Origin: Auanema rhodensis
Lineage: Eukaryota > Animalia > Nematoda
Assembly (NCBI GenBank): GCA_964057225.1
Contig: OZ059894.1
Location: 3,224,001-3,288,000, forward strand
Reading direction: 5' to 3'
DNA length: 64,000 nt
In this document: one piece after another, positions 55,501-64,000 of the stretch
Layout of the letters: the number at the start of each line of letters is the position of its first letter
Numbering within the stretch: the first letter of the stretch is position 1
Notes under the pieces: generated by a model
What the model saw: only the letters and a program-made list of their open reading frames with translations
What the model was told of the DNA's origin: nothing
Database searches by the model: none
Program-made: the position numbers and the translations under genes

Positions 55501-56400
55501 TCCCGGAAAATTTCAGAATAATTTCACGAAAAGTAGATGTTTTTAGATTTCTTTTTTCGAGGCGAAGATGATGGACAATGTTATTCAGCGAAAAAATAAA
55601 CTCTTCAGGGTGAAAATCGAGGATATAAGTGTGAACATATATCAGTTGATATCTCGGTGCATTTTTAAGCTAGCGCAAATCTGATAACACAGATCGACGC
55701 AGCTCAAAAATCTACATCGAATGCACTATACTTCATTAAGAAACGCTCAATACAAGACTTAGTTATGATCGTTTGAAAAATGATGCATTATTGTATGTTG
55801 AGTTTCCATGTACACTCAACATTGCTTCCAAAAACATTTTGACAAAAATTTTCCCGGAAAATTTCAAAATAATTTCACGAAAAGTAGATGTTTTTAGATT
55901 TCTTTTTTCGAGGCGAAGATGATGGACAATGTTATTCAGCGAAAAAATAAACTCTTCAGGGTGAAAATCGAGGATATAAGTGTGAACAAATATCAGTTGA
56001 TATCTCGGTGCTTTTTTAAGCTAGCGCAAATCTGATAACACAGATCGACGCAGCTCAAAAATCTACATCGAATATACTATACTTCATTAAGAAATGCTCA
56101 ATACAAAAATTAGTTATGATCGTTTGGAAAATGATGCATTATTGTATGTTGAGTTTCCATGTACACTCAACATTGCTTCCAAAAACATTTTGACAAAAAT
56201 TTTCCCGGAAAATTTCAAAATAATTTCACGAAAAGTAGATGTTTTTAGATTTCTTTTTTTGAGGCGAAGATGATGGACAATGTTATTCAGCGAAAAAATA
56301 AACTCTTCAGGGTGAAAATCGAGGATATAAGTGTGAACAAATATCAGTTGATATCTCGGTGCATTTTTAAGCTAGCGCAAATCTGATAACACAGATCGAC
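52380..56400 (-). repeat. 7-mer higher-order periodicity (2457 bp)
   Basis: AAAAGTTGATG at 52725/55182, TTTTTTTGAGG at 53804/56261 and ORFs 52378/54835, all at offset 2457. Confidence 0.75.
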
Positions 56401-57294
56401 GCAGCTCAAAAATCTACATCGAATGCACTATACTTCATTAAGAAATGCTCAATACCAAAATTAGTTATGATCGTTTGGAAAATGATGCATTACTGTATGT
56501 TGAGTTTCAATGTACACTCAACATTGCTTCCAAAAACATTTTGACAAAAATTTTCCCGAAAAATTTCAAAATAATTTCACGAAAAGTAGATGTTTTTAGA
56601 TTCCTTTTTTCAAGGCGAAGACGATGGACAATGTTATTCAGCGAAAAAATTAACTCTTCAGGGTGAAAATCGAGGATATAAGTGTGAACCGATATCAGTT
56701 GATATCTCGGTGCATTCTAAAGCTAGCGCAAATTTGATAACACAGATCGACGCAGCTCAAAAATCCGCATTGAATGCACTATACTTCATTGAGAAACGCT
56801 CAATACAAAAATTAGTTATGATCGTTTGAAAAATGATGCATTAGTGTATGTTGAGTTTCCATGTACACTTAACATTGCTTCCAAAAACATTTTGACAAAA
56901 ATTTTTTCGAAAAATTTCAAAATAGTTTAGCAAAAAGTAGATGTTTTTAGATTCCTTTTTTCAAGGCAAAAACGATGGACAATGTTATTCAACGAAAAAA
57001 GTAAATCTTCAGGGTGAAAATCGAGGATATAAGTGTGAACATATATCAGTTGATATCTCGGTGCATTTTTAAGCTAGCGCAAATCTGATAACACAGATGG
57101 ACGCAGCTCAAAAATCTACATCGAATGCACTATACTTCATTAAGAAATGCTCAATACAAAAATTAGTTATGATCGTTTGAAAAATGATGCATTATTGTAT
57201 GTTGAGTTTCCATGTACACTCAACATTGCTTCCAAAAACATTTTGACAAAAATTTTCCCGGAAAATTTCAGAATAATTTCACGAAAAGTAGATG

Positions 57295-60200
57295 TTTTTA
57301 GATTTCTTTTTTCGAGGCGAAGATGATGGACAATGTTATTCAGCGCAAAAATAAACTCTTCAGGGTGAAAATCGAGGATATAAGTGTGAACATATATCAG
57401 TTGATATCTCGGTGCATTTTTAAGCTAGCGCAAATCTGATAACACAGATCGACGCAGCTCAAAAATCTACATCGAATGCACTATACTTCATCAAGAAATG
57501 CTCAATACAAAAATTAGTTATGATCGTTTGAAAAATGATGCATTATTGTATGTTGAGTTTCCATGTACACTCAACATTGCTTCCAAAAACATTTTGACAA
57601 AAATTTTCCCGGAAAATTTCAAAATAATTTCACGGAAAGTAGAAGTTTTTAGATTTCTTTTTTCGAGGCGAAGATGATGGACAATGTTTTTCAGCGAAAA
57701 AATAAACTCTTCAGGGTGAAAATCGAGGATATAAGTGTGAACAAATATCAGTTGATATCTCGGTGCATTTTTAAGCTAGCGCAAATCTGATAACACAGAT
57801 CGACGCAGCTCAAAAATCTACATCGAATGCACTATACTTCATTAAGAAATGCTCAATACAAAAATTAGTTATGATCGTTTGGAAAATGATGCATTACTGT
57901 ATGTTGAGTTTCAATGTACACTAAACATTGCTTCCAAAAACATTTTGACAAAAATTTTCCCGAAAAATTTCAAAATAATTTCACGAAAAGTAGATGTTTT
58001 TAGATTCCTTTTTTCAAGGCGAAGACGATGGACAATGTTATTCAGCGAAAAAATTAACTCTTCAGTGTGAAAATCGAGAAAAATGATGCATTACTGTATG
58101 TTGAGTTTCAATGTACACTCAACATTGCTTCCAAAAACATTTTGACAAAAATTTTCCCGAAAAATTTCAAAATAATTTTACGAAAAGTAGATGTTTTTAG
58201 ATTTCTTTTTTCGAGGCGAAGATGATGGACAATGTTATTCAGCGAAAAAATAAACTCTTCAGGGTGAAAATCGAGGATATAAGTGTGAACATATATCAGT
58301 TGATATCTCGGTGCATTTTTAAGCTAGCGCAAATCTGATAACACAGATCGACGCAGCTCAAAAATCTACATCGAATGCACTATACTTCATTAAGAAATGC
58401 TCAATACCAAAATTAGTTATGATCGTTTGGAAAATGATGCATTACTGTATGTTGAGTTTCAATGTACACTCAACATTGCTTTCAAAAACATTTTAACAAA
58501 AATTTTCCCGAACAATTTCGAAATAATTTCACAAAAAGTAGACGTTTTTAGATTCCTTTTTTCAAGGCGAAGACGATAGACAATGTTATTCAGCGAAAAA
58601 ATTAACTCTCCAGGGTGAAAATCGAGGATATAAGTGTGAACCGATATCAGTTGATGTCTCGGTGCATTTTTAAGCTAGCGCAAATATGATAACATAGATG
58701 GACGCAGCTTAAAAATCCGCATTGAATGCACTATACTACATTGAGAAAAGCTTAATACAAAAATTAGTTATGATCGTTTGAAAAATGATGCATTACTGTA
58801 TGTTGAGTTTCCATGTACACTCAACATTGCTTCCAAAAACATTTTGACAAAAATTTTCCCAAAAAATTTCTAGATAATTTCACAAAAAGTAGATGTTTTT
58901 AGATTCCTTTTTTCAAGGCGAAGACGACGGACAATGTTATTCAACGTAAAAATTAGTTCTTTAGGGTGAAAATCGAGGATATAGGTGTGAACTTATATCA
59001 GTTGATTTCTCGGTGCATTTTTAAGCTAGCGCAAATCTGATAACACAGATCGACGCAGCTTAAAAATCCGCATCGAATGCACTATACTACATTAAGAAAT
59101 GCTCAATTTCAAAATTAGTTATGATCGTTTGGAAAATGATGCATTACTGTATGTTGAGTTTCAATGTACACTCAACATTGCTTTCAAAAACATTTTGACA
59201 AAAATTTTCCCGAAAAATTTCGAAATAATTTCACGAAAAGTAGATGTTTTTAGATTCCTTTTTTCAAGGCGAAGACGATAGACAATGTTATTCAGCGAAA
59301 AAATTAACTCTCCAGGGTGAAAATCGAGGATATAAGTGTGAACCGATATCAGTTGATATCTCGGTGCATTTTTAAGCTAGCGCAAATATGATAACATAGA
59401 TCGACGCAGCTTAAAAATCCGCATTGAATGCACTATACTACATTGAGAAAAGCTTAATACAAAAATTAGTTATGATCGTTTGAAAAATGATGCATTACTG
59501 TATGTTGAGTTTCCATGTACACTCAACATTGCTTCCAAAAACATTTTGACAAAAATTTTCCCGAAAAATTTCTAGATAATTTCACAAAAAGTAGATGTTT
59601 TTAGATTTCTTTTTTCGAGGCGAAGATGATGGACAATGTTATTCAGCGCAAAAATAAACTCTTCAGGGTGAAAATCGAGGATATAAGTGTGAACATATAT
59701 CAGTTGATATCTCGGTGCATTTTTAAGCTAGCGCAAATCTGATAACACAGATCGACGCAGCTCAAAAATCTACATCGAATGCACTATACTTCATCAAGAA
59801 ATGCTCAATACAAAAATTAGTTATGATCGTTTGAAAAATGATGCATTATTGTATGTTGAGTTTCCATGTACACTCAACATTGCTTCCAAAAACATTTTGA
59901 CAAAAATTTTCCCGGAAAATTTCAAAATAATTTCACGGAAAGTAGAAGTTTTTAGATTTCTTTTTTCGAGGCGAAGATGATGGACAATGTTTTTCAGCGA
60001 AAAAATAAACTCTTCAGGGTGAAAATCGAGGATATAAGTGTGAACAAATATCAGTTGATATCTCGGTGCATTTTTAAGCTAGCGCAAATCTGATAACACA
60101 GATCGACGCAGCTCAAAAATCTACATCGAATGCACTATACTTCATTAAGAAATGCTCAATACAAAAATTAGTTATGATCGTTTGGAAAATGATGCATTAC

Positions 60201-61910
60201 TGTATGTTGAGTTTCAATGTACACTAAACATTGCTTCCAAAAACATTTTGACAAAAATTTTCCCGAAAAATTTCAAAATAATTTCACGAAAAGTAGATGT
60301 TTTTAGATTCCTTTTTTCAAGGCGAAGACGATGGACAATGTTATTCAGCGAAAAAATTAACTCTTCAGTGTGAAAATCGAGAAAAATGATGCATTACTGT
60401 ATGTTGAGTTTCAATGTACACTCAACATTGCTTCCAAAAACATTTTGACAAAAATTTTCCCGAAAAATTTCAAAATAATTTTACGAAAAGTAGATGTTTT
60501 TAGATTTCTTTTTTCGAGGCGAAGATGATGGACAATGTTATTCAGCGAAAAAATAAACTCTTCAGGGTGAAAATCGAGGATATAAGTGTGAACATATATC
60601 AGTTGATATCTCGGTGCATTTTTAAGCTAGCGCAAATCTGATAACACAGATCGACGCAGCTCAAAAATCTACATCGAATGCACTATACTTCATTAAGAAA
60701 TGCTCAATACCAAAATTAGTTATGATCGTTTGGAAAATGATGCATTACTGTATGTTGAGTTTCAATGTACACTCAACATTGCTTTCAAAAACATTTTAAC
60801 AAAAATTTTCCCGAACAATTTCGAAATAATTTCACAAAAAGTAGACGTTTTTAGATTCCTTTTTTCAAGGCGAAGACGATAGACAATGTTATTCAGCGAA
60901 AAAATTAACTCTCCAGGGTGAAAATCGAGGATATAAGTGTGAACCGATATCAGTTGATGTCTCGGTGCATTTTTAAGCTAGCGCAAATATGATAACATAG
61001 ATGGACGCAGCTTAAAAATCCGCATTGAATGCACTATACTACATTGAGAAAAGCTTAATACAAAAATTAGTTATGATCGTTTGAAAAATGATGCATTACT
61101 GTATGTTGAGTTTCCATGTACACTCAACATTGCTTCCAAAAACATTTTGACAAAAATTTTCCCAAAAAATTTCTAGATAATTTCACAAAAAGTAGATGTT
61201 TTTAGATTCCTTTTTTCAAGGCGAAGACGACGGACAATGTTATTCAACGTAAAAATTAGTTCTTTAGGGTGAAAATCGAGGATATAGGTGTGAACTTATA
61301 TCAGTTGATTTCTCGGTGCATTTTTAAGCTAGCGCAAATCTGATAACACAGATCGACGCAGCTTAAAAATCCGCATCGAATGCACTATACTACATTAAGA
61401 AATGCTCAATTTCAAAATTAGTTATGATCGTTTGGAAAATGATGCATTACTGTATGTTGAGTTTCAATGTACACTCAACATTGCTTTCAAAAACATTTTG
61501 ACAAAAATTTTCCCGAAAAATTTCGAAATAATTTCACGAAAAGTAGATGTTTTTAGATTCCTTTTTTCAAGGCGAAGACGATAGACAATGTTATTCAGCG
61601 AAAAAATTAACTCTCCAGGGTGAAAATCGAGGATATAAGTGTGAACCGATATCAGTTGATATCTCGGTGCATTTTTAAGCTAGCGCAAATATGATAACAT
61701 AGATCGACGCAGCTTAAAAATCCGCATTGAATGCACTATACTACATTGAGAAAAGCTTAATACAAAAATTAGTTATGATCGTTTGAAAAATGATGCATTA
61801 CTGTATGTTGAGTTTCCATGTACACTCAACATTGCTTCCAAAAACATTTTGACAAAAATTTTCCCGAAAAATTTCTAGATAATTTCACAAAAAGTAGATG
61901 TTTTTAGATT
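57295..61910 (-). repeat. Higher-order repeat of 2303 bp x2 (6 full + 1 truncated monomer)
   Basis: Private SNPs (CAGCGCAAAA 57346/59649, CACGGAAAGTAGAAG, ACACTAAAC, GAACAATTTCG, CTCAATTTC) and deletion junctions 58078/60381 at offset 2303 = 6x351 + 197. Confidence 0.9.
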
Positions 61911-64000
61911 CCTTTTTTCAAGGCGAAGACGACGGACAATGTTATTCAACGTAAAAATTAGTTCTTTAGGGTGAAAATCGAGGATATAGGTGTGAACTTA
62001 TATCAGTTGATATCTCGGTGCATTTTTAAGCTAGCGCAAATCTGATAACACAGATCGACGCAGCTTAAAAATCCGCATCGAATGCACTATACTACATTAA
62101 GAAACGCTTAATATAAAAATTAGTTATGATCGTTTGAAAAATGATGCATTAGTGTATGTTGAGTTTCCATGTACACTCAACATTGCTTCCAAAAACATTT
62201 TGACAAAAATTTTCCCGGAAAATTTCAAAATAATTTCACGAAAAGTAGATGTTTTTAGATTTCTTTTTTCGAGGCGAAGATGATGGACAATGTTATTCAG
62301 CGAAAAAATAAACTCTTCAGGGTGAAAATCGAGGATATAAGTGTGAACAAATATCAGTTGATATCTCGGTGCATTTTTAAGCTAGCGCAAATCTGATAAC
62401 ACAGATCGACGCAGCTCAAAAATCTACATCGAATGCACTATACTTCATTAAGAAATGCTCAATACAAAAATTAGTTATGATCGTTTGGAAAATGATGCAT
62501 TACTGTATGTTGAGTTTCCATGTACACTCAACATTGCTTCCAAAAACATTTTGACAAAAATTTTTTCGAAAAATTTCAAAATAGTTTAGCAAAAAGTAGA
62601 TGTTTTTAGATTCCTTTTTTCAAGGCAAAAACGATGGACAATGTTATTCAACGAAAAAAGTAAATCTTCAGGGTGAAAATCGAGGATATAAGTGTGAACA
62701 TATATCAGTTGATATCTCGGTGCATTTTTAAGCTAGCGCAAATCTGATAACACAGATCGACGCAGCTCAAAAATCTACATCGAATGCACTATACTTCATT
62801 AAGAAATGCTCAATACAAAAATTAGTTATGATCGTTTGGAAAATGATGCATTACTGTATGTTGAGTTTCAATGTACACTCAACATTGCTTTCAAAAACAT
62901 TTTGACAAAAATTTTCCCGAAAAATTTCGAAATAATTTCACGAAAAGTAGATGTTTTTAGATTCCTTGTTTCAAGGCGAAGACGATAGACAATGTTATTC
63001 AGCGAAAAAATTAACTCTCCAGGGTGAAAATCGAGGATATAAGTGTGAACAAATATCAGTTGATATCTCGGTGCATTTTTAAGCTAGCGCAAATCTGATC
63101 ACACAGATCGACGCAGCTCAAAAATCTACATCGAATGCACTATACTTCATTAAGAAATGCTCAATACAAAAATTAGTTATGATCGTTTGGAAAATGATGC
63201 ATTACTGTATGTTGAGTTTCAATGTACACTCAACATTGCTTCCAAAAACATTTTGACAAAATTTTTCCCGAAAAATTTCAAAATAATTTCACGAAAAGTA
63301 GATGTTTTTAGATTCCTTTTTTCAAGGCGAAGACGATGGACAATGTTATTCAGCGAAAAAATTAACTCTTCAGTGTGAAAATCGAGAAAAATGATGCATT
63401 ACTGTATGTTGAGTTTCAATGTACACTCAACATTGCTTCCAAAAACATTTTGACAAAAATTTTCCCGAAAAATTTCAAAATAATTTCACGAAAAGTAGAT
63501 GTTTTTAGATTTCTTTTTTCGAGGCGAAGATGATGGACAATGTTATTCAGCGAAAAAATAAACTCTTCAGGGTGAAAATCGAGGATATAAGTGTGAACAT
63601 ATATCAGTTGATATCTCGGTGCATTTTTAAGCTAGCGCAAATCTGATAACACAGATCGACGCAGCTCAAAAATCTACATCGAATGCATTATACTTCATTA
63701 AGAAATGCTCAATACCAAAATTAGTTATGATCGTTTGGAAAATGATGCATTACTGTATGTTGAGTTTCAATGTACACTCAACATTGCTTTCAAAAACATT
63801 TTGACAAAAATTTTCCCGAAAAATTTCGAAATAATTTCACGAAAAGTAGATGTTTTTAGATTCCTTGTTTCAAGGCGAAGACGATAGACAATGTTATTCA
63901 GCGAAAAAATTAACTCTCCAGGGTGAAAATCGAGGATATAAGTGTGAACCGATATCAGTTGATATCTCGGTGCATTTTTAAGCTAGCGCAAATATGATAA

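Larger units (their letters stand above)
31382..64000 (-). repeat. 351-bp tandem satellite array, right arm, reverse-complement orientation (about 96 monomers)
   Basis: From GATCGACGCAGCTT (31382) the sequence is the reverse complement of the left-arm monomer (e.g. GTTGATATCTCGGTGCATT). The same spurious ORFs flip from the - to the + strand. The array runs off the window end. Confidence 0.99.

Noticed and set aside
6384-63887. About 85 near-identical 60-101 aa ORFs (MLNTKISYDRL..., MFLDSFFQG...)
   Set aside because: They are reading frames within the satellite monomer. They overlap in different frames, appear and vanish with single SNPs or indels, are K/F/I/N-rich as expected from A/T tracts, and show no recognisable domain or sign of codon-level constraint.
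1-64000. CRISPR array or repeat-spacer/cassette system
   Set aside because: The entire 351-bp unit repeats. There are no unique spacers and no cas, recombinase or reverse-transcriptase genes.

Overview
The whole 64 kb window is one AT-rich (about 69% AT, hand count of monomer 1) tandem satellite DNA array built on a 351-bp monomer, roughly 186 units. It looks like eukaryotic (peri)centromeric heterochromatin. I see no genes, RNA genes, transposons or CRISPR arrays; every listed ORF is a short, frequently broken reading frame inside the monomer. The main structure is one orientation switch at about 31,380: bases 1-31,378 run one way and 31,382-64,000 are the reverse complement. This makes a >30 kb-per-arm inverted repeat (macro-dyad) with an asymmetric 183-bp centre and a 3-bp, apparently locally templated, junction insertion. 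Diagnostic SNPs and indels reveal nested higher-order repeats (2-, 3-, 4-, 6-, 7-, 13-, 14-, 16- and 29/33-mers). There are also two amplified deletion monomers (197 bp x9 on both arms; 334 bp x3), regional subfamilies and conserved short dyads within the monomer. Species and satellite family cannot be established without a database search. Strand labels on repeats are arbitrary (left arm = +).
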